24,274 nt of DNA, taken from positions 1-24,274 of the forward strand of contig CAIXMG010000047.1 in the NCBI GenBank assembly GCA_903920485.1, read 5' to 3'. Below the pieces are notes generated by a model. The model was not told where the DNA came from. It did no database searches and worked only from the letters and a program-made list of their open reading frames with translations. Position numbers and translations under genes: made by a program. Source of the DNA: an uncultured bacterium (GTDB lineage: Bacteria > Patescibacteriota > Minisyncoccia > Phycocordibacterales > UBA1006). Every line of letters begins with the position of its first letter. The stretch's first letter is position 1. Shown here piece after piece: positions 7,579 to 15,582 of the stretch.

Positions 7579-9030
7579 CTACTGCCCATGCTCGTTGAGG
7601 TACTTTCTGATGTGCTGCTTCGCGAGCGTCGTCTTGCACAGGTCCAGCCACTTGCGGCTGGGCTTGCTCTTGTCAGTGCGGAGGATCTCGACGATGTCGC
7701 CTTGGGAGACTTGGGTCTCAAGGGGGATCATCTTGCCGTTGATCTTCGCTCCGAAGATGTGATTGCCGATGTCCGAATGGATCGCGTAAGCGAAGTCGAT
7801 GACGCTGGCTCCCTTCGGGAGTTCGATGACGTCGCCTTTCGGTGTGTAGACGAAGACCTTCTCCTTGAAAAAGTCGAGCTTCAGGTGCTTCAGGAAGTCC
7901 TCTGGATTCTCGATATGTCGCTGTGCTTCCAGCAGTTCCTGGGTCCAGGAAATCTTTTTGTTCGGATTGGGATTGTTGCTGCCGCTTGCGGTACGTCCGC
8001 CTTCCTTGTATCCGACGTGGGAATAGATTCCGTATTCGGCCTCCTTGTGCATTTCCTCGGTTCGGATTTGCACTTCCATAACGCTTCCTTGCCCGTCGAA
8101 GATCGCGGTGTGCAGCGACTGGTAGCCGTTTGGTTTGGGAACGGCGATGTAGTCCTTGAACTTCCCGGGAACGGGCTTGTACAGACCATGGATGATTCCC
8201 AGCGCCTGATAGCAGTCGCCGATCGTAGGAACGAGCACGCGAAGCGCATAGATGTCGAAAATCTTCGTCTGGTCGTAGTCAAACACTTTCAACTTGTTCC
8301 ATAAGCTGTACGCATGCTTTGTGCGATAGTTCAGGCTGGTGATGTTCGCATCAAGTATCCGCAGTTCCTCGCCAAGGGTTTCCGCAACCTTGGTGAGGTG
8401 TTCCTCGCCCGAGGTGGTGAAGGCATCAAGGACCTGTTTGGTTTTTTTGTGTTCTTCCGGATAGGCAAAAGGGAAGGCACCATCTTCAAGCTGCGCCTTG
8501 ATCTTTCCCATACCCAATCGGTCCGCAAGTCGCGCGTAGATCTCGAGCGTCTCGAGGGCGATGCGTCGCTGCTTCTCGGCAGGCACGTGTTCGAGCGTCG
8601 ATACGTTGTGCAGACGATCGGCGAGTTTGATTGCGACCACGCGGATGTCGTGCGCACTCGCGATGAAGAACTTGCGAAGCGATTCCGCATGGCGCGCGAC
8701 ACCCTTATACTTCAGGTGTCCGAGCTTCGTTACGCCTTCTACTAACGTCACGATCTCGTTGCCGAAGACGCCGCGGAGTTCCTCGTCGGTTGTTTCGGTA
8801 TCCTCCAAAACGTCATGAAGCAGTCCCGCCGAAATAGTTACGGCATCGGCGTTCATCTGCGCGAGGATCTTCGCGGTCTCGAACACGTGGGAAAAGTACG
8901 GTTCGCCGCTGTTGCGCTTCTGCTCCACGTGCGCCTTGCTGCCATAGTCAAAAGCGAGCCTGATCAGGGCTTGGTCTTCCATTGGCAAGTCGGGTTTTAT
9001 GGCAAGGAGTTCCTCGACGGGATAATTCAT
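7579..9030 (-). CDS. rel: RelA/SpoT homologue (HD hydrolase + synthetase + TGS), lacking distal C-terminal regulatory domains
   Basis: HDVLEDT hydrolase motif. Synthetase motifs RTKH.YS, KFKDYIA.PKPNGYQSLHT, EVQIRT. TGS motif YTPKG..IELPKGASVIDFAYAIHS. Ends about 60 aa after the start of TGS. Confidence 0.93.
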   Translation of the reverse strand: MNYPVEELLAIKPDLPMEDQALIRLAFDYGSKAHVEQKRNSGEPYFSHVFETAKILAQMNADAVTISAGLLHDVLEDTETTDEELRGVFGNEIVTLVEGVTKLGHLKYKGVARHAESLRKFFIASAHDIRVVAIKLADRLHNVSTLEHVPAEKQRRIALETLEIYARLADRLGMGKIKAQLEDGAFPFAYPEEHKKTKQVLDAFTTSGEEHLTKVAETLGEELRILDANITSLNYRTKHAYSLWNKLKVFDYDQTKIFDIYALRVLVPTIGDCYQALGIIHGLYKPVPGKFKDYIAVPKPNGYQSLHTAIFDGQGSVMEVQIRTEEMHKEAEYGIYSHVGYKEGGRTASGSNNPNPNKKISWTQELLEAQRHIENPEDFLKHLKLDFFKEKVFVYTPKGDVIELPKGASVIDFAYAIHSDIGNHIFGAKINGKMIPLETQVSQGDIVEILRTDKSKPSRKWLDLCKTTLAKQHIRKYLNEHGQ

Positions 9031-9102
9031 ATGCAAGGAAGTATAAGGATTATCAGGAAAAACTCAACATTACAAAGAATGATCTTCGTGTATACTTGTC
9101 AC

Positions 9103-9597
9103 ATGAAGCCACGAGTCATAATGGTAAATGAAAACGATAAAATCATTGGGATGAAGTTGTACAAAGATATTGATTTCCCAAATGAAATCTACCGAGTCTC
9201 TCGGGTCTGGATAACCGATAGGGAAGGCAATAGTCTGCTTCAAAAGAGGAACCCTGAAATGCGTTTTCATGCTGGCCTGTGGGCATGTGCTGCCGCAGGT
9301 ACGAATGACGAAGGTGAAACCTACGAATCAAATATAATAAAAGAAGCCAAGGAAGAAATCGGAATTGATCTTGATCCCGCATGTTTGAAGCGTGTCAAAA
9401 AAACTCTGGAGCGGAATAGCGGCCGAAATGTATGGTGCACGTATTTTGAATACCAGCTACGTGACGTGATGCCAACCATCGTTAAGGATGTAACAGAAGT
9501 CGCTGAAACCAAATGGTTCAATCCAGGAGAACTCAAGGAACTTTTAAAAACAGATCCCGAAATCTTTACTCCAGACATTGCCGGTTTTGTTTCTTAG
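9103..9597 (+). CDS. Nudix hydrolase (IPP-isomerase-like subgroup)
   Basis: Nudix box G-TNDEG-E-TYESNII-KEAKEEIGI. Start 9103 chosen from TATACT (9091-9096) 6 nt upstream; the longer ORF start at 8815 overlaps rel antisense. Confidence 0.85.
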   Translation: MKPRVIMVNENDKIIGMKLYKDIDFPNEIYRVSRVWITDREGNSLLQKRNPEMRFHAGLWACAAAGTNDEGETYESNIIKEAKEEIGIDLDPACLKRVKKTLERNSGRNVWCTYFEYQLRDVMPTIVKDVTEVAETKWFNPGELKELLKTDPEIFTPDIAGFVS

Positions 9598-9609
9598 AAA
9601 GAAGTGCAC

Positions 9610-10104
9610 TTACACCTTCAGCAGCAACCCGATTCCAAATCCGGCGAACGCGCTGAGCAATCCAATGAGGAGGATCTCGAACCCGCCGCGGGTTTTTTTC
9701 GTAGTGCGTCCGTCGGAACCGAGGAATCCCAGGGCGAACAGCACGAGTCCGCCCAGGACGATGGCACCGATGACGGCGTATCCTTCGGGAAGAATCAAAA
9801 ACGGGATGATGGGAATGAGCGATCCCAACAGTGCCGAGACGGCTACGACAATCGAATCAAACACCAGAACGGAGGTTTTCTTCTGGACGATTTCCTTGTC
9901 CGCACGCGCCGAGGTGAACGCGACGGCTCCCATTGAAATTGCCTCCGAAAATCCTGCCGCAATGGCAGCAATCAGGATGACGCGTGTCGAGGTGTGCGCC
10001 GTAAACAACCCAAGCGAGATGCCCAGTACGTTTACCAGCCCGTCCTGGCCTCCCAGAATGATGTCGCGGAGGGTGATCTTTGCTTTGGCCAAGGTTCTTT
10101 TCAT
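9610..10104 (-). CDS. VIT1/CCC1 family Fe/Mn transporter (short form)
   Basis: RDIILGGQDGLV and EAISMGAV motifs, about five TM helices. TGATATGAT lies 7 nt upstream of ATG 10104. Confidence 0.85.
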   Translation of the reverse strand: MKRTLAKAKITLRDIILGGQDGLVNVLGISLGLFTAHTSTRVILIAAIAAGFSEAISMGAVAFTSARADKEIVQKKTSVLVFDSIVVAVSALLGSLIPIIPFLILPEGYAVIGAIVLGGLVLFALGFLGSDGRTTKKTRGGFEILLIGLLSAFAGFGIGLLLKV

Positions 10105-10173
10105 GGTGAGTATCATATCACGAACGGCGCATTTTCCTGAAAAACCCTTAGGATAGGGGGGGTACAAAGGGTA

Positions 10174-10202
10174 TTGACATATATACTTATATATGCTATA
10201 CT
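10174..10202 (+). promoter_or_regulatory. Near-consensus sigma70 promoter with an 18-bp palindrome in its spacer
   Basis: TTGACA-17-TATACT with TGC extension. CATATATA-CT-TATATATG at 10178-10195. Confidence 0.8.
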
Positions 10203-10252
10203 TAACACACAATAATAAATAATCAATTCTAAACCACTTTAAAAACAGTACA

Positions 10253-10879
10253 ATGAAAAACTTAATAATGTTCTCGCTTTTAGTAGCATTAGGAGTAACC
10301 CTCGGTGGTTGCGGCAAGACAGAGGTTTGTAACCCTCATTTCCCAACTGGCCCCAGCGGATGTACAGGATCAAGTGGTTCAAATGGAACCACAACCGCAA
10401 GTGTCATGCTGTATTCGAATAGCACCTACGACGGAGCCATTCATGTAAGCATCAACAATTCGGACAGCTCTGTCCTGAGTGCTAACATGTGGATCTCCAA
10501 CTCGCAGATCGCAGCTGACGGCCCCAATGGACCTTCCTGCGGAGATCCCAACGGTTGGACAACTGATGGTTACGCGGTCGGCAGCACCATCTCGTTCTAC
10601 GCCTATGACCAAACTGGTTATTGGGCAGGAACCCTCTACGCATATTCTGGTTGTAATACCGAATTGCTGGACCAGGGAATCTATGCAAACAAGATGGCTC
10701 CCGTTGGGAACGATACAGTCGGTGTCACTGCTCCTGTTACTATCCCGGCGAAAGTCCAAGGGTTCCAAAGACACAAGAGAACTTCTGAAAGCGATGCCTA
10801 CTTTATTCCTCTGATAAAGACCCGCACCCTTACTGCCAAGAAAATATCAACTTATTTTCAAACGCATTCCACGGAGTGA
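10253..10879 (+). CDS. Putative lipoprotein, Cys/Gly/Ser-rich, unknown function
   Basis: Signal peptide MKNLIMFSLLVALGVT followed by lipobox LGG-C20. Has its own promoter and terminator. Confidence 0.75.
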   Translation: MKNLIMFSLLVALGVTLGGCGKTEVCNPHFPTGPSGCTGSSGSNGTTTASVMLYSNSTYDGAIHVSINNSDSSVLSANMWISNSQIAADGPNGPSCGDPNGWTTDGYAVGSTISFYAYDQTGYWAGTLYAYSGCNTELLDQGIYANKMAPVGNDTVGVTAPVTIPAKVQGFQRHKRTSESDAYFIPLIKTRTLTAKKISTYFQTHSTE

Positions 10880-10897
10880 TCGTCTGTCATCGGACTC

Positions 10898-10932
10898 AAA
10901 TGCCCCAGGTTTTACAACCAGGGGCATTTTTT
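10898..10932 (+). terminator. Intrinsic terminator
   Basis: AAATGCCCC-AGGTT-TTAC-AACC-A-GGGGCATTTTTT. Confidence 0.8.
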
Positions 10933-10959
10933 ATTGCAAAACAGTGCTATACTTTTCCC

Positions 10960-11994
10960 ATGAAAGATCTCTCGAAACACCCATTCAGCTGGCAGGCGAT
11001 CGGACGCATCATTGTGGCGGGGCTGCTGGTGTTCCTGATCTGGAAGTCCCTCGGGGTTTTCGTGGTCATTTTGATTTCACTCGTCATCTCGGCTGCGTCA
11101 TACCCGATCGCGAAATACCTGAACACCAAGCTTCGGATTCCGATGATCCTCTCGATCCTGATGGTGATCATCCTGCTCCTGATTCCCTTGGTGCTGCTTG
11201 TCGCCGTGACGGCGTTAACGTTCACCAATCAGTTCCCCCAGGTGCTTACGGTACTCGCGCCTCTTTTCACAAAACTGCATATCAATCCGGACATCGTCCA
11301 AAGCACGACCATCATCGCGTACCTGAAGGAAAACATGGGAACGTTCCTCGCTTCAAGCAAGGAAGTGCTGCTTGCGGTGCTGTCAGTGCTTACCACGATC
11401 TTCCTCACGTTCTACTTCATGTTCGACGCCAACCGTCTGTTCGCACTGTTCGTCGAGCTGTTCCCCAGGAAGGAACGGCAGAATCTGAAGAGTGTCCTCG
11501 AGGAAGTCGCCAAGGTCACCGGCCAGTACATCCGTGGCAACCTGCTGATCTCGCTGATCTGTATCGCGATCATCTACGGGGGACTGCTGTTGCTGCACAT
11601 CCCGTTCGCACTTCCGCTTGCCATCTTTACCGGCATCATGGACCTGCTTCCCGTCATCGGCCCGATCCTCGGAGCCGTTCCGGCCTTGGTACTGGGATTC
11701 GCGATCTCGCCGCTTACGGGAGTCCTGGTCCTTGTCTTGTACATTGCCTACAAGGAAGTTGAGGATGTGATCATCGGTCCTGCAATTTACAACAAGGCAC
11801 TTAACCTGTCGGCGGCATTGGTCTTCCTGTCGGTCGTGATCGGTGCCGGGGTCTTCGGCATCGTCGGTGCGTTCCTTGCGCTTCCCGTTGCGGCCAGCAT
11901 TCCGGTCATGATCCGATATCGCGAACACTTCATGTCGCGTCATGTGAAGGACGACGCGAAGATGATCCTTAAGGAGGGAGCTGATCCGAAGTAA
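10960..11994 (+). CDS. AI-2E (PerM/UPF0118) family membrane protein
   Basis: Motifs LTFYFMFD, GQYIRGNLLI, DLLPVIGPILG and ED.IIGP.IY.K.LNLS..LVFLSVVIGA.VFG..GAFLALPVAA. TGCTATACT lies 6 nt upstream of ATG 10960. Confidence 0.9.
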   Translation: MKDLSKHPFSWQAIGRIIVAGLLVFLIWKSLGVFVVILISLVISAASYPIAKYLNTKLRIPMILSILMVIILLLIPLVLLVAVTALTFTNQFPQVLTVLAPLFTKLHINPDIVQSTTIIAYLKENMGTFLASSKEVLLAVLSVLTTIFLTFYFMFDANRLFALFVELFPRKERQNLKSVLEEVAKVTGQYIRGNLLISLICIAIIYGGLLLLHIPFALPLAIFTGIMDLLPVIGPILGAVPALVLGFAISPLTGVLVLVLYIAYKEVEDVIIGPAIYNKALNLSAALVFLSVVIGAGVFGIVGAFLALPVAASIPVMIRYREHFMSRHVKDDAKMILKEGADPK

Positions 11995-12017
11995 AAAATC
12001 CCACGAGGGGATTTTTT
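11993..12017. terminator. Bidirectional intrinsic terminator
   Basis: AAAAAATCCC-ACGAG-GGGATTTTTT. Confidence 0.85.
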
Positions 12018-12026
12018 ACTTGAGCA

Positions 12027-12359
12027 TTATTTCAATTCGTTTGCCATGCTCTCAATTTCTCTTGCCCACTCATCCCCGCTGATTTTCATCACTTCGCAGA
12101 GCTTATAGATTGCGAAGCTACAGGCAGTAATTTTTCGAGCAATGGTTTTCTTGTCGAGTGGTTCGCCATGTTCTGCGTTTTCAATAGCCTTCTGCATCGC
12201 TCCGGTGAACGCAGACAGATGTCGTACGCTGTGCCCGATAATGAAATTCTCGCGTGGTTCTCCGGTGAGTTGGCCAAGTGCGGGGTACTGTTCCGGCGTA
12301 AGGGGGGTTACTGATGCGATGAGGTCGATGAGTTCCTGTGGGGTAGGGATGTGATTCAT
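12027..12359 (-). CDS. Hypothetical all-helical protein, possibly a degenerate MazG-like fold
   Basis: TGCTATACT lies 8 nt upstream of ATG 12359 and a terminator follows. The helical pattern loosely resembles MazG-like NTP pyrophosphatases but lacks the acidic motif; the fold call is weak. Confidence 0.7.
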   Translation of the reverse strand: MNHIPTPQELIDLIASVTPLTPEQYPALGQLTGEPRENFIIGHSVRHLSAFTGAMQKAIENAEHGEPLDKKTIARKITACSFAIYKLCEVMKISGDEWAREIESMANELK

Positions 12360-12397
12360 ATGTGGCAAGTATAGCAACCTTTATCAAAAAGGATCAT

Positions 12398-12425
12398 TTG
12401 ACAAACCCTGATATTAATGTAATCT
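12398..12425 (+). promoter_or_regulatory. Sigma70-type promoter for the 12471 gene
   Basis: TTGACA (12398-12403), 16 nt, TAATCT (12420-12425). Confidence 0.55.
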
Positions 12426-12470
12426 CAGCCTAGAGCCTTTTCTATTTCATCACCTCAAAACAAAACAGAC

Positions 12471-13277
12471 ATGAAGACACCTTTCATTCAGAATGACCCG
12501 GTCAAGCGAAAATACGAGTTGTCTTTTCATGCGAGGGATAATTCGTTTGAAATCACACTTGAAAGACATATCGTTGATTCATTCATTACCTATGACGGCT
12601 TCCGGGACAACGTTGTGACAGAAAGACGGCGCGAGCGCGGGTTCAAGAAACCCTGGAACTTCGGTTCGGACGGATATTTTGGCTACGAGGACTGTTTGCG
12701 CATTGTTCCCAAAGAAAACGGACTGGTTGCCTTAAAGGCAGCGGTAACAAAAGAAAACGGGTTGGCACTCACGGCCACACTCACGGAATTGTTTTCGATG
12801 CTTCAGTATGCGATAGATAGCGAGTGTCCCGCAGAGGGTGACGAGGAACAGGAAATGTTCATCAGACCCTCACTTACCAGCGGTCCTTATGGTGCGGCTA
12901 TGAGTGCCGAGCTTTCGGTGGCATTCAGTCTCTGGCTATACCATCAGGATGATTCCTTGCGAAAAACGGTTAACGAAAAGGTTAACCAGGCGATGAACGG
13001 TTTGTTCAAGGTACTGTTTGACTTCGAGCCGGAAGAAGAATCCATGAACGGATTAATGGAGCATTCGTTTCTGCTTGCTCCTCCGGCGGGAATGTATACT
13101 TGTCAGTTTGGCATCCTTCGCGAAAACCAGGAAGACCTGGAATCGATTACGACCAGGGGGCATGACACGTTTTGCCACAACCTTGATTACTGGAATCAGG
13201 AACTGGTGCTCATGGCTGGATTTGCAAAAATCTGCGAAGCGTTTCGAGAGGGGCAGCGAACAATTAAAGAGACGTAA
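12471..13277 (+). CDS. Hypothetical protein (268 aa, acidic, no motif recognised)
   Basis: Long ORF filling the space between a promoter/A-rich leader and a terminator. Confidence 0.8.
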   Translation: MKTPFIQNDPVKRKYELSFHARDNSFEITLERHIVDSFITYDGFRDNVVTERRRERGFKKPWNFGSDGYFGYEDCLRIVPKENGLVALKAAVTKENGLALTATLTELFSMLQYAIDSECPAEGDEEQEMFIRPSLTSGPYGAAMSAELSVAFSLWLYHQDDSLRKTVNEKVNQAMNGLFKVLFDFEPEEESMNGLMEHSFLLAPPAGMYTCQFGILRENQEDLESITTRGHDTFCHNLDYWNQELVLMAGFAKICEAFREGQRTIKET

Positions 13278-13278
13278 G

Positions 13279-13306
13279 AAAGAGGCTGTCACGACAGCCT
13301 CTTTTT
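13279..13306 (+). terminator. Intrinsic terminator
   Basis: AAAGAGGCTGTC-AC-GACAGCCTCTTTTT, 12-bp perfect stem. Confidence 0.85.
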
Positions 13307-13393
13307 GATAAGGGAAATATTGACTTTTTACCAAAAGATGATACTGTACGTTCAAACCTGAAACCAATTTTTCACTTTAAAAATATTAAATAA

Positions 13394-14737
13394 ATGATGC
13401 AAACCATAGAACGGCCAGTCTCGCGAAGAGGCACGGCATTGTCGGAAAAAGACTATCGGATTTTTTTCTCCGCGCAGCTGATATCGGCGTGCGGAACTTT
13501 TCTTCAGGGTACGGCGTTGAGCTGGTTGGTATACGACCTCACTCATTCTGGCACCAAGACAACTATCATTAGTGCGCTTAACATCTTGCCCATGGCGATA
13601 GCCGCTCCTCTGGGAGGGCTCGCTCTTGAATTTTTCGGGAAGAGAAACGTTCTCTATGTTACCCAGGTCGTAGCAATGCTGCTGGCGTTCCTTCTTGCTG
13701 TCCTTACATTCTACGGGGAAATAAGTTTTCTGGGAATTGCAATTCTTTCGGGGTGCAACGGGCTCGTGACGGTTTTCGATGCTCCCGGACGTGCATCGTT
13801 TATGACGGACCTCATCAAGAACCCGAAACATCTTCGTTCCGGGGTGGGTCTTAATTCCAGCATGATGACGGCTTCGCAGGCGGTTGGTCCGATGTTCGCG
13901 GGCTTTCTCTTGATGTTTGTCAGCCCAGGGGCGACCTTCCTTATCAATGGGATCACGTTCATCCCGGCCATCATCGCATTAGGGGTTGTTGAGCCAGTGG
14001 TTCATGTTAAGACGGAGTCGGAGCTTAAGTCCGAGGAGAAAAAAGAAGGGCCGTTAGAAATGATTTTGAACGGTCTTAAGTGGGTAGCATCCCATAAGGA
14101 CATTTTATTTCTGATCGCGCTTTCGTTCTTCACCGGTTTTCTCGTTCGGTCGTATCCCAGTATCTTGCCGAAAATGGCGGACGTTCTGTATCACAAGACA
14201 GGAAGGGAGGGGGTGAAGCTCTTCAGCTATCTTCTGGCTGCAACCGGAGTAGGCGCTGCGTGTGCAGGGCTTCTCATCACATACGGTCCCCAAAACATTT
14301 CCCACAAGAGACTTATCAGGACCGGTTTGGTGTTAACATCGCTTTCGCTTCCAGGCCTCGGGTTCCTTTCAAGCGCCACAGGGATTTCAATTCTTTCCTC
14401 GCTCGGTTGGGGGTTGCCACAAAACCTTTGTCTCGCTCTTGGGCTTCTTTTCGTCAACGGCTTTGGGTTTACCATTGTCGTTTCGGTTGGGTCGGCGATT
14501 ATCCAGGCAAAAGCCACTTCAAAGATGCGCGGAAGGGCGGTAAGCATTTTCTACTGGGGTCTTTCCATTGGCCTAGCCTTGGGGAGCATGCTCATCGGTT
14601 GGCTTACTGACCATGTTGGATTGTCACAGGCGACCTACTCGTATGGCATTGGCGTAACGGTAGTTGCTATTATTGCAATGGTCTTCATCGGCCATATTCA
14701 GGAAGAAACTCCGGCACCAGCGCAAACAACCGCATAA
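13394..14737 (+). CDS. MFS transporter (MFS_3/DUF894-like)
   Basis: 12 TM segments. Motifs DYRIFFSAQLIS..GTFLQ.TALSWLVYDLT, FDAPGRASF, LNS.M...S..VGP, MRGR..S. Promoter TTGACT (13320-13325)-16-TGATACTGT. Confidence 0.9.
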   Translation: MMQTIERPVSRRGTALSEKDYRIFFSAQLISACGTFLQGTALSWLVYDLTHSGTKTTIISALNILPMAIAAPLGGLALEFFGKRNVLYVTQVVAMLLAFLLAVLTFYGEISFLGIAILSGCNGLVTVFDAPGRASFMTDLIKNPKHLRSGVGLNSSMMTASQAVGPMFAGFLLMFVSPGATFLINGITFIPAIIALGVVEPVVHVKTESELKSEEKKEGPLEMILNGLKWVASHKDILFLIALSFFTGFLVRSYPSILPKMADVLYHKTGREGVKLFSYLLAATGVGAACAGLLITYGPQNISHKRLIRTGLVLTSLSLPGLGFLSSATGISILSSLGWGLPQNLCLALGLLFVNGFGFTIVVSVGSAIIQAKATSKMRGRAVSIFYWGLSIGLALGSMLIGWLTDHVGLSQATYSYGIGVTVVAIIAMVFIGHIQEETPAPAQTTA

Positions 14738-14755
14738 CGTACTTCAGTTTATTTC

Positions 14756-14786
14756 ATAGGCACCCTTACAAGGGGTGCCTATTTTT
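14756..14786 (+). terminator. Intrinsic terminator
   Basis: ATAGGCACCC-TTACAAG-GGGTGCCTAT-TTTT. Confidence 0.85.
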
Positions 14787-14801
14787 GTTGCAGGGAAGTA
14801 C

Positions 14802-14830
14802 TTGACTTTATTCAAAAAATAGTGTAGTAT
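14802..14830 (+). promoter_or_regulatory. Sigma70-type promoter
   Basis: TTGACT-17-TAGTAT. Confidence 0.7.
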
Positions 14831-14873
14831 AAATCCATATCTTATCGCTAACGATCAGACACACTATCTATAT

Positions 14874-15470
14874 ATGAAGGACTTTAAAAAGGGAGGATAC
14901 AAGGGCGGAAGCCAGGGAGGCGGATTCGGCGACCGAAACTCATTCGGCAGCAAGCCGTCGTTTGGCGCACGACCGTCGTTCAAGAAGCCTTGGGAAAAGT
15001 CAGGCAGCAAGCCGTTCAACAAGGAGGACCGACAGATGTTCGACGCGACCTGCAGCAACTGCGGCAAGCCGTGCCAGGTTCCGTTCCGTCCATCAGGTGG
15101 CAAGGAGGTTTTCTGCAACGACTGCTTCTCGAAGATGAAGGGAGACGAAGGCTTCGAGCGAGGCGATCGCAACGATCGAGGAGGCGACCGTGGAGGATTC
15201 CAGGACCGCGCTCCTAAATTTGCTCCCAACGGCCAGAACATGGACGCCGTCGTCCGACAGATCCAGGTGGTCGCATCAAAGCTCGATATCCTCATCAACA
15301 TGATGAATGCCCAGGCAAAGCCAAAGGCTGACAAGCCTGCGGCATCTGCGGTTCCCGCACTGGCTGCGATCATCGAAAAGGCGGTCTCTCCTGCGAAGGC
15401 GAAACCAGCCCCTGCTGCAAAGAAGGCCGTAGTTGCCAAGAAGGCCGCAAAGAAGGTTTCAAAGAAATAA
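14874..15470 (+). CDS. CxxC-x17-CxxC zinc-ribbon protein with G/R/F-rich flanks and Lys/Ala-rich tail
   Basis: MFDATCSNCGKPCQVPFRPSGGKEVFCNDCF is the family signature. C-terminal AKKAVVAKKAAKKVSKK. Confidence 0.9.
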   Translation: MKDFKKGGYKGGSQGGGFGDRNSFGSKPSFGARPSFKKPWEKSGSKPFNKEDRQMFDATCSNCGKPCQVPFRPSGGKEVFCNDCFSKMKGDEGFERGDRNDRGGDRGGFQDRAPKFAPNGQNMDAVVRQIQVVASKLDILINMMNAQAKPKADKPAASAVPALAAIIEKAVSPAKAKPAPAAKKAVVAKKAAKKVSKK

Positions 15471-15477
15471 TCTTCAA

Positions 15478-15530
15478 GAAAAATCCCTTGCCCTCCGAAG
15501 CTTTTAGCGAAGGATGGGCGGGGATTTTTC
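15478..15530. terminator. Intrinsic terminator with an enlarged palindromic (REP-like) loop
   Basis: GAAAAATCCC...GGGATTTTTC arms enclose GCCCTCCGAAGCTTTTAGCGAAGGATGGGC. Confidence 0.75.
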
Positions 15531-15582
15531 CTTGTCCAAAAAACTTAGGATTTCTTTATCATTAGGGGTATACTCTGCGAAT

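Noticed and set aside
6468-8304. Long antisense ORFs (6468-7406, 312 aa; 7576-8304, 242 aa) opposite cfa and rel
   Set aside because: In-register shadows expected from codon bias in GC-rich genes. No promoter, start context or protein motifs.
8815-9102. Upstream-extended starts in the track (8815, 10317, 10876, 15514, 16513, 20386, 23097 and others)
   Set aside because: The extensions overlap other genes, terminators or the -10 boxes themselves. Downstream ATGs fit the promoter spacing and family N-termini.
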